From the NCBI GenBank assembly GCA_051362555.1, contig CM120645.1, positions 6,138,001 to 6,202,000 of the forward strand: a stretch of DNA of 64,000 nt, written 5' to 3'. The notes below the pieces were generated by a model. That model searched no databases. It was not told where the DNA came from and saw nothing but the letters and a program-made list of their open reading frames with translations. Positions 27,482-49,785 of the stretch are shown piece by piece. Position 1 is the first letter of the stretch, and every line of letters begins with the position of its first letter. Source of the DNA: Lingula anatina (lineage: Eukaryota > Animalia > Brachiopoda). The position numbers were made by a program, and so were the translations under genes.

Positions 27482-30400
27482 TCAATGAACATGACTGTAC
27501 CATTGTTTTGTCTTCTCCCTGACGTGTCCTATCACAGCCTGAACAACCTGTAACGTGGTGGCTTGACCGCCAAGGTCTGGGGTGTGGATCTTGAGTGGAA
27601 AATATATGCTTTCAATTTTCATGATATTTTACTTCAGGAAGAAATATAACAGTTTGCAGGGTGTTGGCTTCACTGCCAAGGTCTTCCTTCAGTGTACACT
27701 TGTTGTAAAAATTGTACTTTTAGTTATTTCTTATAAATACTTTTGATTGTAATCAAAACATCACAATGAACATAGTGTTAAGAAATAAATCATGCCCTGA
27801 TTTTCCCTTACCTTATCCTCAACAATGACTTTTATTACAGCATCTCTTATTAGTTCCGAATGGCTCTTTAAACTGAAAACACACAAAAGAAAGTATAACT
27901 AGTTACATCACCAAAAAATATTGCCATTCACCACATTCACATGATACAACCTCTGTATCATTATTCTAACTGGGATGTCTGAGTAAAGACAAATCGAAGT
28001 TACAAGCATTTATGGAAAATTCCACTTCTCTAGTCTTATTGCAATAAAAACATGCTCTTTTAATCTTTCTATCAGAAGGGGGGCATGCTTTTTTTGGCAA
28101 TAATGACTATAACATCCAGCTAAAAGACACATCCAGTTAAAAGACATTCTAACCAAGAGAGAGCCCAGCTTTCTCTCCTTACCCAATGTGTTCCAACAGA
28201 TCTGCACTGGCCAGTAACATGGCAGCTGGGTTAGCGATATCCTTACCAGCAATAGAGCGCCCTGAGTTACGAGTGCCCTAGAATATATGATGACTTTTAA
28301 TGTTATTATTCCAAAGATTGCAATACTATGCTGGTCAATGATATGCCAATCAGACTAGTGATATCTTTACCAGGAATGGAGCACTCTGCCTTACAAGAAA
28401 TATTTTAGCTGTGATTTTATAAAAGAGTGTTACACTTAAACATTACTTACAAACCTGAATCTGACTCCTTAATATCAGTCTCCTTACAGGCTTAAATACG
28501 TCAGAGTTTCCTTTTTATTTCTTAAAACTTCAATGGTACAGTATAGTACATATTTCTTCATAGAGACTCAAAGATAGCATGATTACATATGTCCTATCTT
28601 ACTCATAACCTCAAAGGCAGCCAAACACTTTGCCTCTGTACTACTCACAGACTCAAAGATGGCGTAATTCTCTCCTATATTCATGCCAGGCACCACTCCC
28701 TGTCCCCCTGTCAGTCCAGCTGCTATATTCCCCACTATGTTACCATACAGATTGGGGAGCACCATCACATCAAACTGCTGGGGGCGGGACACCATCTACA
28801 ATAATGAAAGAAAAACAGTCAGGCCCAGTGTACACTCTGAGATAGCAGCTGAGCTACCTGCCTCACAAGCTTTCAGCTTAGAGTGTGAGCTGACCTGATA
28901 AGTTGAGAAGAAGCCATTTTGGTTTTGGCTTCAAATACCTTCAAAGGAACAAGAGCTCTATGTTTTGCTCCACATATACATATGAGTCTGCATTCTACTT
29001 ATGTGTCCTAAATTGGAACCCCAATTTTCTTCAGCAATCAGTTATTTCTAACATAACATAGTAGAATGATATTTTTTGCATTACCCAAAAATTGCGTTCA
29101 GCCTTTATAGCTATTGTAGCACATGCAACATAAATATATAATAATGGTTATTAATCTTTACAAATATGTTTACCTTTTTCATGAACATAAGTAAAGACTA
29201 GGATAAAAAATGTTAATTTTAAAACAACATTTCATTTCCCATACCTGCATACTACAGTTATCAATGATCATGGACTCAAATTCTATTTGTGGAAATTCCT
29301 CTGAAACCTTTCTGCAACATTCCAAAAACAGACCATCCCCAAGTTTCCTAAAAAAAGAAGGGAAATTACTTTTAAAAGTAAAATATTATTGAACTCAGAA
29401 AAAGGCAGGTTGTCATCATTTTTATATCATTCTAACATCAATTTGAACTGAAAAACATAATTTAATATTTATTTTCAAATATCTACTGTACTGTTGTGAT
29501 TTATTTTTAACATCAATAAAGAGAACCAATATTTCAATGTTCACAAATTGATGTTTCCTATGCCAAAAAACAAATACTCTTAAGCCATCTTACATGATAT
29601 TGGCCTTGTGCACTGCAGTGACTTTTTTCCTTCCATGTTCTACAGCATAGTTAAAGGCATATCTGGCAATTCTGGTGGACTTGGCAGCTGTGATGATCTT
29701 CAGGCTCTCAACTACTCCAGGGACATTCTAAACATAAATAATGTATTGTAATAATATTGTAATAGCAAAGGAAAACCAATCTTATCATCATGCAATCAGT
29801 TACACTTTGCCAAATACTTCAGGGTAGCAACAGTAAATGACTGTAGATAGAACCACATCAATATATCTGTTGACATGATGTAAAAATGGCTATATGACTG
29901 CACAAAGACATGTGGTAAGGTAATTTAAGTCTTTACACAGAGTCCGTTATTACCTCATGTTCCAGGTTAGAGTATTCTCCCTCTGTGTTTTCTCTGATAA
30001 TCACCACATCAATGTTGTCATGCCTAGTCTGTACACCTGGGATGGACTGAACTTTGATCACACTGGCAAACAGATCCAGCTCTGTCCTGGAGAAAAAATA
30101 TATAGTGCATTGTTATATTGTGTTTTCTTCATAATAAGGATTATCTGTATCAGTATTAGACCAGCAAACATTTAAGCAGAGTGATGGAAAATATTTAAAA
30201 AAAAAATCTTTTTCAGTGTTTTAGTCAAGACCTGGAGATAAAAAATATATGAACCTGAACATTGTTCCAACATTAATTTACCTAAACTTTACACCAATTG
30301 AGGTAAGTGTGTAAGGTGTGACAGCTTAACAACACTAGTATAACAATACCTCAACTGTGCATTTAGTGAACCAGTTGGAGAATCTATTCCTGTCTCTACG

Positions 30401-31860
30401 CTCCCCTTCAGGGCTGTACCATTTCTCTTCACTGCCAGCAAAGCTTGTCTGAAGGCTTCTGAATCGTTGTGCTCTCGGTCCAAGCGAATCTCTTCAAAGT
30501 CCACAGGGACACCTGCATACCTGTAAAAATTTGTCAGAAATATTCGAATAAAAAATATTGCACTCAGTATCTTCAGAGTTTGAGAGACCCAGTTACAAAT
30601 AGCCATACTACTGGGATACTAAAACAGTATCACTTCTTTCAGAGTAAAATGTAATGATGAGGATGGCTGAACAATAGTCAAGTCTGTATAAAATTATATA
30701 TACTGAAGAACTCCAGGCCTCTGACTGATTAGATAAAATGCCCTATTCAGTACAGTATGCCATGTATGCAAAAAGGACTTGAGATGAACCTCCTCTCATA
30801 CTATGTAATATTTTCCTATTATATAGTTCCTTAGGAACTATGCTCTAATTGAGAGTATATCATGTATTAAAGATTCCATTTGAACTTGTGTTAGCTAGAA
30901 AGTAAAAAGGTCTCAGATGTAAGTATAGTAGCTGGGTGGGTCGACCCACTCAGTTGGTAGAGCAGTCGCATGAATAGCAAGTGGCGGGGGTTTGAGACCG
31001 GGTTGAGTCCGCTACTTATCCCAAATCTCTACATAATATTACCTGAAAACTTGCTTAACATGTCCCATGAGTTCCGGACCCACTCCATCTCCTGCCATCA
31101 GTGTGACAGTGTGCCTCCCTCCATACTGAGCTCTCACAGTGGGGGCCTGAGAATTAACATGTAGAAATATGAAAATATATTAATTCACCTTTAACATAAT
31201 GCAATGGAATCTGTAACTAAAATGGAATCAATGTGGACGAATAAAGTAATTAACACAAAAAATAAACTGACTGATTAATTAAAAAAAAAGAACTGTTAGT
31301 AAAATAAATTTGAATGGATAAATGAATAATGGTAAATAAATTAACAATCCAAGAAATGTACACATAACTGAAAAGATATGACAACGAAAATGCAAATATT
31401 AACGAGTATAGTCTATCACATTCATCATACATGATACAGTTTAAAATATTTTTTATCTATTTCTACTTAGAAAATATTACTCACTGGGGTCGAATAACCT
31501 CTTTTGTGAAGACAGGATACACAACGCAGTCCAGACAAAAAGTGTTCCTGGAATAGTATTCATATGAGCACACTACAATTTAAAAAGTGCTTAAAATTAT
31601 AACATGTAGATTCCAACTCCAAATCAACATTCAACTCAAGTTATCATTGATCCAAGGGATGCATACACTTTGCCAATGCAGGCGTCTTATAAACCTTCCT
31701 ACAATACGTTATTCAACCAAACTAAGTTTTCATAATTAACATATATAGTAACCATTAGATATAATTATCCGATAAAACGTACATTTGAAAGCGTCCTGAA
31801 AGAAAAATTGCTCACAAAAGCTCGCAAGACACTAGCAGACCGTCCCACGCCGGATGCCAT
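27482..31860 (-). CDS. IDH3G: Isocitrate dehydrogenase [NAD] subunit gamma, mitochondrial (~398 aa)
   Basis: Eleven exons: 31860-31783, 31547-31485, 31146-31043, 30520-30350, 30086-29954, 29727-29594, 29347-29245, 28795-28649, 28277-28183, 27872-27812, 27589-27482; all phases consistent. Motifs [100 protein letters not shown]. Arg/Ser-rich mitochondrial targeting peptide. Confidence 0.95.
30930..31016 (+). mobile_element. tRNA-derived SINE head fragment
   Basis: A-box-like ctcagttggtagagc and B-box-like ggtttgagacc with tRNA-like spacing, but no intact cloverleaf. Lies in IDH3G intron 3. Confidence 0.55.
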
Positions 31861-32334
31861 ATTTGCTACTCTTCCAAGACAGTCTTGCTCTATTTATCAC
31901 TATTGACAGAAATTTACCTTAATACTCTTTATTTTGCTTTGTTACCATAGTGTTAATCACATAAAATTGTATTTTGTAGATTTTAACTTAGAGATAGCTA
32001 AAAAATCCCAAATGAATAAACAAAAAGAGTCTGTCTTGGATTTTTAATCTTAGTTCCCTAGAATAGTATCCATGTAGATCTGATAAAACGAATAAAATAT
32101 CATGCTTTATTGGGCAATTAATTACTTTAATTAATTATTAAATGATATAATATTATATGGTAATTGAAAATATGCATGATTTAACAGGATAATTTGCACC
32201 GATTTTTAAAGTTGTTTCTAGGAACCAGTCAAAGTAAAGGTCGAATGGCTGAAGGATGATTTTTCGACGATTTTTATATCTTATCAAATCTTCGGAGTCT
32301 TCTGACAAAAATCATAGTTAATAGACATGAAGAA
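31861..32334. promoter_or_regulatory. Bidirectional promoter region IDH3G/TUSC2
   Basis: Divergent ATGs are 474 bp apart, and CpG dinucleotides reappear locally within an otherwise CpG-poor block. Confidence 0.7.
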
Positions 32335-33209
32335 ATGGGAACTATGGTTTCAAGACTAGTAGGATACTTACTATCTCCAATTAGGTACCTCTTTGGAACT
32401 CCTGCCGTTGAGGGAACAGGGCAGGATCTTGTCCCTTGCAAATCGGGACCAACTCCATTTGTCTTCAAAAGAAGAGGGTGAGGAAGTGCAATCTCATATA
32501 TACCAGTGACAATATATGATGTTTTCATTTGTCTCAAGCACAATTACTATGCAATTTGACATTGTTGTGATTGTTTGTTTTCACACTTTAATTCAGCACT
32601 ATTGGTAAAAATATTGTGACTTCTGAAATAATTACAAAATAATTTTGGTTGTTTGTTTTCAAAACTTTATTTAGTTATTGATAATGGCATGATTCTTATT
32701 TAATTAAAGTTACTGCACCACGTTAAACAAAGATTATGGGGAGTTGCTTGACTGTTGGATTTACACTCAACACAAAAGTTTTATGTAAGCTTTTACTTTG
32801 ACAAAAATAGGTCTCAATTCTTTGATGAAGATGGTGATCTAGCTCATGAATTTTATGAAGAAGTCAGAGTGGAGAAAAATGGCAAGAAAATGGTTATGCA
32901 AAAGAGAGTAAAAAATTTGACACCTCAGGTAATTTTACCCTTCTTATCATCTGATTTTTGTGAGGAAGGTGGCATTTTGACTCGTTGAAGTAAGGAGAGA
33001 CAACATTTCATTACCAAATAACAGATAAAATAAAATGAGAATTATGTGATATTCATAAATGTAAAAAAAAGATATTCATCTAATATCTATGATATAAGCA
33101 ATATATATATTTCTGTGTATTTTAGGGTTATGTGGATTTGCCCCATCCAAGGATTAATAAAGACTTTCCAGTTGTGATGTGTGAGGCTCTGTGGACCACA
33201 GATAGATGA
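32335..33209 (+). CDS. TUSC2: Tumor suppressor candidate 2 (FUS1) homolog, ~114 aa
   Basis: Exons 32335-32477, 32811-32928, 33126-33209. N-terminal MG (myristoylation-type), PFVFKRRGSQFFDEDGDLAHEFYEE, KNLTPQGYVDLPHPRINKDFPVV match the TUSC2 family signature. Confidence 0.95.
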
Positions 33210-35383
33210 TGGTGATTCCTGTTTCTGTGAAGTAATGAGATCCTAACGCAGAAACATAACTGATGATACAGAAATGGGGACATAGAACAGAAATGTAGCA
33301 ACTCATAAAGTTTAAACAAATCTTATGTACCCCACTTTACAAAACAAGGTTTTTATGTGTAATATCTGAAAACAGATATTATTGAAATAGAAACAAGTTT
33401 GTTGGGCTCATGCCAAAAAGTATTATATTGTGGGTGACTTAAGCCTAAGACTCTATGAAAAATTAGATACTGGAATATGACAGGCTTTAGAATTTTTTAG
33501 TAATTATCATATTTATAAAAACAATTAAATATTTATGGGCATATCCACCTTTTAGTAATAAGTTAAACATTATTGGTTCATAGAATAGGGTATTTCATTT
33601 ATTTCGTTTGAGCTGTATTTCCAAATGTTTTATAACTATTTAACAAGTAGTAATGTTAATGTGTCATGTTCTTTTGAGGTTAAATGACATAACACTATGC
33701 TGTCATCGTGAAAGATAACTCTTTTTTATTGTTAAAAGAAGTAAACACAGCTCAAGGTAATTTCACAATACTGCAAACAATTTACTATTTTGTTTATTTG
33801 TGTTTGCTTTGCAATGACTTTGAATGTGTCTTAACCAGTCTGGTGCAAGTTATTATTTTTTTTCTTTTTTGAGACATTCCTAGAGCTGAAGGGGAGGGGA
33901 GCAAGTTTCGTATCTCATTATGGATTCTGTTAAATTATTTTTAATAAAGTTCAACAATTAAGGATTTACTTTGACACCAAAGTAAATTGAAATCAAAGCA
34001 ACATTTTGAAGATAATTATTAGTACTTGTTTTTTCTCTCCAGGTTTAGTAAAGTGTTTAGATCTTTAGAAAAAAAAATTTGAACACAAAATGTAAAAACT
34101 ATTGATCTAAGGCCTCCTGATGGTCATGGGCATTGTTTCTCATTATTTTGCTTTATTTCTTTTCAGTTTGAAAAATATACAAAACCTGGTCTAAATGTAG
34201 CATAATTGACTATTATTTAAAAATATAATTTAGGATTTCATTGATATGTGACTGTAAGCATAGATTTGTTTGTGAAAGAGAATTTATCTCATTTTAACAG
34301 CAAATTATACAAGATTCCATTTGAATTTCTTCATATGTCAAATCAGGCATTCTAAAACTATATGGTTGTCTAAATATTGTTTTAAATTGTTGCTCAAGCC
34401 AATAGACTCACTGATCATTAGAGTTCCCATGGGTTAAACATCACAGCTCCCCAGCTCCACTTTCTTTTTACTTACTGAGATCATTTGATTGTTTAAGATT
34501 GTGCAATAAACATTATAAAACTGATTTATTTTCACCTTTTGTTCAATCATGAAATATTACCATTTCCCAGCAAAATACAATACGCTGTATATAAAAACAT
34601 TTCCTTTTTGATACACACATATATACATACCATTCAATCAATTTATTTAAGAACATATATATAAATAAATACGTAGAAGTAAAAAGTTTTGTGCATGTAG
34701 ATGACTAGAAGCTTTCAGTGCAAAACATTGAAAAACAGTGAAAAAGAAATCTAATATGCAGAAAATCTATGTTCCTTCTGAACACATTTGGTAAGCAATT
34801 TTGATAGCAATTTTAATTGGCAGTATTGTCATTGAATAAACTAGAAAATTTTAAAATGAAGAACACAAAAGAGGTTTCTACATTGCATGATGACTGTAGG
34901 TGTCAGCATAGTAAATACTTAGAACTGCCTGATATTAAAATTAACTATGAAATGAAAAAAAAAGCTTCTTTCTGAGCTAATTTTCTTATTTAAAATGTAT
35001 AAATAAAAATACTGTTAAAACCGATCTATAACTGAAAGTCTGTATTACATTATCAGTCAAATCTGTAACTTATATCAATGAGACTTAAAACCGCCTTTAC
35101 TTATTGCAATGTTCACATTTTTAAAATTCATCAACTTCTAATTTCTTTAAAATAATTAATTGATAAGACTGCAATCCAGTGGGTTGAAGTTGTACTTGAA
35201 ACATTAATAACATTGGAATTTAAATAAAATGCTTAAGTTAAACTAAGTCAAAAACCTAAAAAAATCTTGCATGTAAAAAAAAACTTTTCGGAAATTTCAG
35301 ATCTTCATTTTCTGATATCACTTATGAAATGGGATATTTTTTCAGTATGCTAATGTGAATTTGGTCTTCATGTAAATATCATA

Positions 35384-38300
35384 TTAATCTGGATTAACAT
35401 TTACTACTAATGCACCTCTACGTTGCTGACAACATCTCATGCTCATAATCTCATTCTTCAATAGTGGTAAAATGCAGACAACCGTCAAAGCAGTCTGAAG
35501 ATGGAATATGAAATAACAAAAAAAAAAAAAAAAAAACAATTAAAAATAGTCCCACAGCCCCATCCATTTATTGCAGAAATCAAATCAAGCAGTTTGAAAT
35601 ATAACCAAATACTAAAATTAGCCATTTTAGACACATTACGGATCATTTTATTGGCAAATGATCTTGAACTGAGCAAAATTACACTATTTTCAAAAAATTC
35701 ATATTTTACCCTTTAACTTACCACCCATCAACTTACCATGACAATAAAGAAATAAAACACCCACTGCCAGCTGGTGTGAACTTGGATTACAGGAACCAAA
35801 ATCTGAAAAAAGAAGAATCACTGATTATAAATTAAGCAATAAATTCAAATCATGAACTTTCAGGCACTAAAATTCAAATTTCATTATCACAGGTGTTTAT
35901 CTCCATAACTTGCATGACTTATAAATTTTAATTTATTGCAGAACTCCCAAACAGGTGTATAGATCACAACTACTTCCCGCAAGGAGGTTATGTTTTTTTT
36001 TATTTCATTAGTTTGTCTGTCTGTTAGCAAAAAAATTATCACGGCAGAATTAAATGAAAGTTTCAAGATGGGTCAAAAATGAGCTACCTAAACAGTGATA
36101 AGATTTTGATGGTCCATTAATTAACTAATGGTAAATAATTAGTTAATTATTTGTCTTGGCAGAAGTCTATGTTCTCTGAGTGCTCTTCTAGTTTTGTCAG
36201 TGGTTTTGGAAACAGTATACCTTATCCCATGGTGATTAAGGTAAAAGTTTATAAAATTTTTCAGACAAAATTTCTTTTTTGCTAGATAAAGGTTTAAGAT
36301 TCACTATGTGTATTTTATTATTCAATAACAAATGTAATATGATAACAGAGTTTCATCCTTATACTACAGACCTGTCCAATGGCAGCTCCAACACTACCAG
36401 TGCCATCTACAATCCCAGCCACTGTTGCTAGGGCCTCCTTGTTGCCTTGCACTGGGCCCTGACGACCTGGACAAAAGAAAAAGAGAGAAAAACTATGGTC
36501 AGGTTACACAAAAATCATTCATATTAAGGTATCTTCATTGTAAGCAGAGCTGGACAAACAGAATCATAAATTGCAAACAATCAGCAAACCATGTATTAAT
36601 TACCTAAATCTGCTGATATGGCTGAGCTTATTAAATTTGCAGGTCCTCCTATGAAGAAACCAGTCACGCCCATTAAGAAACCATTCCAATACAGATCTTT
36701 TGGTGATTCTAAAAAAAGAAAAAAAATATCAAATTGAATTACAACAGCCACAATATACTTTATAAAAGTCCTGTTTAGTTAAGTAGTACATTTGTTTCTT
36801 TTTTTTAAAGTAATCTTAAAGCAGAATCTTACCATTTCGCAAACAATTTTACCACTTGGAAAAAATTTTAATAAAATAAATTAAGTATGACCATAAAAAA
36901 ATGAGAGCTGGTATTGAGAAATACTTACTACTATAAATGAACAAAGATGGCAGTGCTAGTATTAACATAAAAACAACTACTGGTGATCTCTTCCTCATTA
37001 TATCCTGAAATGAACGAAATTCATTAACCATGGCAAAAACCAAACACACTGCCATCTCTCGCCTTTTGAACATCAAAGTATAAAATTTATTTATGTTGTT
37101 TTTTTTTTTAAATCTCTCCCAAATATAATGCTAAATATCATCATAATGTTTTTCATTCATAAAACTTGCCCTTTTTTAATTAAAAATATATGACACACTA
37201 TTTTTTACGAAACATACTTACTGAAATCAATCCTCCCACAATTCCTGCTATAATTCCGCCCACATCATACCAGATTGACAGGTCGTCTGCTGTGGTATCC
37301 GGCCAATTGAAATGGACTGCCAGGTAAAATGGCAGCCAGAAGAAGAAAGAGTAGTTCACCAACTTCAAGCAAGCATAGGATAGGGAATACTGGTTAAAAG
37401 AAGGAACATTTAAAAGTTAAATTTTAATTTTGAAGTCCTACCAAGCTACATATGAACTGTATATTCTAATCCTGTTAAGATGATTCCTGTGACAGAACCA
37501 ATTATCAAGTTGTAGTATGACCTATTTTTTATCTATCTACAATTCCTAAAATTCTAATACAAAACTAGTATGCAAATTCCTAAAATTCTAACAAAAATCA
37601 TGTAGAGTGAGTTCACTTCAATTCAGAACATTCAATTTCATTTCTTTTTTTTTTCTATATAAATCTTGACATATAACAAAATGTTTGAAATTTAATTGAT
37701 GTGATTGTTCCGAATATGTATGAGCAGTCATCACAACCTACCGGAATGACCCCTGGCAGCAGAATGGCCTGAATGAACCCAATAGCCTCAGCCCTCTCCT
37801 TGTGGTCTTCTGTATTAGGACCATCTCCATTCACTTCATCCACCAAAAGTGGGGCTGAAAGATGGTAAAACTTTTAGTTAATTACTTCCTGGTACTCAAG
37901 GAGGCGTGCCAGACATTTAAGCTGATTACAGTGATTGCACTTAGTGAGGATCTCCTGCAGAGTTGGAGCGATCCAGCTAGTATGATGGTTTATCTGAAAA
38001 CTCGCTTAATATCTAACTTAAATGAATAACCATAGTGATTAACTTGGTCATCTTTGCTTTTTATGTCAGTTGCCTAGTGACACCAAGTGAGAGTTTATTA
38101 GTTAATTTTATGTCTGACTTATTTCAGTACATTGTATGTGAACATGCCAAACATCTACATTGAGTACTTACTTGTGACACCAGCACCAGTTTTATCCTCC
38201 TCCTCCTCCTCATCTGCCTCTGGCATCCCTATCTCTCTCGGAGATGGAATCAATCCAAAGAATACCACCACGCCTCCAGCAAATAGAACAGCAGATGTGA

Positions 38301-40691
38301 CCAGGAATGGATACTGAAACAGTGGGTGTGGAGAGTTAGAAATCAAATGGGTAAGGGTGAGAATTCATTACATCACATCACATTTCCATTCATCAGATAA
38401 GATGGTTCATTAGGAAAAGATATATCACATAAAATAAAAAATGTGGGTCACCAAAATTGTTTTTTAAAAAATAAGTAAGACTTAGATTCAGTTGAATTTG
38501 TAATCAATTCTTTCCCCTCCTTAATTACTGTTATAATTAACTCACCTCATATCCAAAGGGGAGGACAGCAGCACTGAGAAGAGTCCCAATTATGTTTCCA
38601 ACTGATGCACAGGCACTCCAGATACCAAACACCACACCACGACTGGAAATCAATCCCATTAAGAAGAAAATATAATATTATTGAATTGACATGATTCAAA
38701 ACAAGAACTAGGAATGAATCTTTGATTCATTGAAATACTGCACATGCTTAATTGATTCAACTGTTAATCAGGGGTGGATGGTGGCCGTCTTCTGGGTCTT
38801 CTGGAAGACTGTGATAATTTTTCAAGTTTACATTGAAAGTCACCTAATTTTTCTGTCGGAAGACGGTCAAAAATGGAGGATGGGTCAACAAAGATAATTT
38901 GGAAGACTGTCAGAAAATATCTCTGGATCTGCCCCTGTTAATCTTAATCACTCACCTAGACTTTCCAAACCAGTTCCCCATGATAGCCACCACAGTGGGC
39001 CAGCCACTGGACTGTAGCAAACCATTCAGTATCCACACTGCCATGTAGAAGTATATGTTGTAGAACTGGACCCATTCTGTCACCGTGCCAAACAGAAATA
39101 CCTGTATAATAAATTGTATTTATCTTAAAATGTTCAGTATTTATAACTGCATGGAGAAGTATATATTGTAAATCTGAATCTAGTCTGTCCAAATCTGTCA
39201 ACCATTTTAAGTTCAATAAACCAAAGGAAAGACATACCTGGGGTAGCACTAGCAATTTTTTTTGCTTAGCCAAATCACCACATTTTGTCAATTTTTTATC
39301 AAAATGGTTAGAATTTGGCTAAAACAAGTCAAATCAAGCCCCTTTTCTTTAGCCAATTTAAGTCAGTTTTAGCATTTGGCTAAACTGGCGAGTGTTAGCG
39401 TTACCCCAGCATACTGTGAAATAACCCGTTAAATGTACAACTACACATTATCATAATTAAATGGCTATCAAATTGAATCATTAATTCGACGAGCCTTTTA
39501 GTCAAGACTCTGAAGTTACTCACTAGAAGAGCTGAAGAACACATTCCAAAGGAGAGTACATAGCACATGTTTAACCTGTCACCTAGTGGTCCACTAAAGT
39601 AGAGTCCCTACAAGAAATACACATATCATTATGAAACAAATCTTTCAAGAATAATTTTTATAACTTATTTCAAAAGAAAAAGGGACTTAAATATCTAAGA
39701 CCAGGCAATTCATCATATCAGTAACCATGGAAAACAATCTTCCACTCAAGCTCCATAAAAAAAATACATTAAACAAATAAATAAATAAAAAACAAACAAC
39801 TACCTACCACAGCATAAGCCACCATAAATGCAGTGTCAAGAGCTCCCAAGAAATATTCTGCATCATCTTTATTGGCAAACATTTTGTGGTCATTCCAGAT
39901 CTGAAAATGTAATCAAATATTCCATAAGTAACAAGATATGGTGCTTTAATTGGGTGGACAAAAACGTGTACTGGAACTGGATTTTAAAATTGATTCAGGT
40001 TATTTTTTACCAGAATAGTTCTGTTGGCCAGCAATGGTTTCTTAGGTATATATGACAAATTGTAAGACTGATTGTTTTTTCTTTCTTTTTGAGAGATAAC
40101 AAGACTAAAAATGGAGATAATATTATAAGTAAAATGTACATGACATTGTTTTAAGTATTACAGGAATCATCAAAGCAATGCATTTATATAGTATGTATAT
40201 ATATTTAGTCTAAGACCTACATGATCAGGTTTAGTTTCTCTGATGGTAGCATTGTGGAACTGTGGTGTCCACACTTGAGTGAGGCTGTCCTTCACATTAC
40301 TAAATGTCTTCCTGGTGGCATGAAAAAAGGCATAGCTGAAAAACACCAAGGGTCCATTTATTATGAATACAATATTGAAATTCTTTACAAATACCAACAT
40401 TTTGTCATGCCGGAACTAAGAAATTAACTGAGACTATAAACTAACTGATTTTGCACTCTGTTTTGAATTCTGTTTCATTCCAGACTAAGCACTTAAAAGT
40501 TCAACAAGTTGGATATTTGCATTACAAAATTTACAGCTACCACAGCTTGCACCGATCAAAATTATGGCAAACAATTAAACATAAGTGCAGTCTACGTACC
40601 TCATAAAAGTAAGAATAAAAATGGTGACATGATAAAATGTCCATTTTAATTTTTTAGTGGGACGTTGTTGTCCCGAATCAGCACCCTCCAT
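35384..40691 (-). CDS. SLC37A3: Sugar phosphate exchanger 3 (SLC37 family MFS transporter)
   Basis: About 14 GT-AG exons (40691-40600, 40335-40221, 39900-39808, ~39607-39524, ~39101-38956, ~38643-38547, ~38313-38172, ~37855-37743, ~37389-37222, ~37004-36929, ~36708-36604, ~36466-36372, ~35802-35736, ~35494-35384). Motifs SYAFFHATRKTFSNVK, FLGALDTAF, GDRLN, NGLLQSSGWPTVVAIMGNWFGK, RGVVFGIWSACASVGNIIG. Confidence 0.93.
35971..36193 (+). mobile_element. Short non-autonomous Helentron-associated (HINE-like) element
   Basis: Architecture is 5' acttcccgcaaggaggttatgtttt, a (gtct)n microsatellite, a subterminal inverted cttggcagaag and 3' ...ctgagtgctcttctagtt, typical of HINE/Helentron derivatives. 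Confidence 0.55.
37899..37987 (+). repeat. Dispersed repeat shared with a nischarin intron (46521-46607)
   Basis: ggcgtgccagaca.ttaagctgattaca.tga.tg..cttag...gatc....g.agag.tgga.cgatcc.gctagtatgat is present at both loci. Confidence 0.8.
38769..38936. mobile_element. MITE-like element (CAGGGG-start TIRs, hAT-like)
   Basis: Imperfect TIRs caggggtggat ... atctgcccctg, both ends flanked by ttaat; internal ggaagac repeats. Confidence 0.45.
39238..39409. mobile_element. MITE-like element
   Basis: TIRs ctggggtagcactagc ... gttagcgttaccccag, flanked by catac on both sides; internal ttagccaa/ttggctaa motifs. Confidence 0.5.
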
Positions 40692-41003
40692 ATCATTTCC
40701 TTGTTTTGCGTAGCTACCTCCGAATACAAAAGAGCGAGCCCTTTCAGTCTCAACATTTCAAAGATGACGCTAATTTTAGAAAAAAAATTGAATAATATTA
40801 TTCAAATGTTTTCATTTCAAATTACTGTGCTGATCATTTTCAAAAATTGTACTGTATTTAATTTTTTTTCAGTATTATATGGGTCAAGGTTATCACCACT
40901 GTATTTATCAACATGGCGCACGGACGGACTTTGTTTCCGCGTTTGCCTTTTAATATATTTTTAACTTTTTAGCAATTTTAGGATTTTATTTGTGCGCCTT
41001 ATT
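40692..41003. promoter_or_regulatory. Bidirectional promoter region SLC37A3/nischarin
   Basis: Divergent ATGs are 312 bp apart; CpG-containing patch with a YY1-like caacatggcg at ~40909. Confidence 0.7.

Positions 41004-49785
<8,782 letters not shown>

Noticed and set aside
29800-29880. Possible further ghost copy of IDH3G exon 5 (ccacatcaat...gttgacatg)
   Set aside because: The similarity is too short to distinguish from chance by eye.
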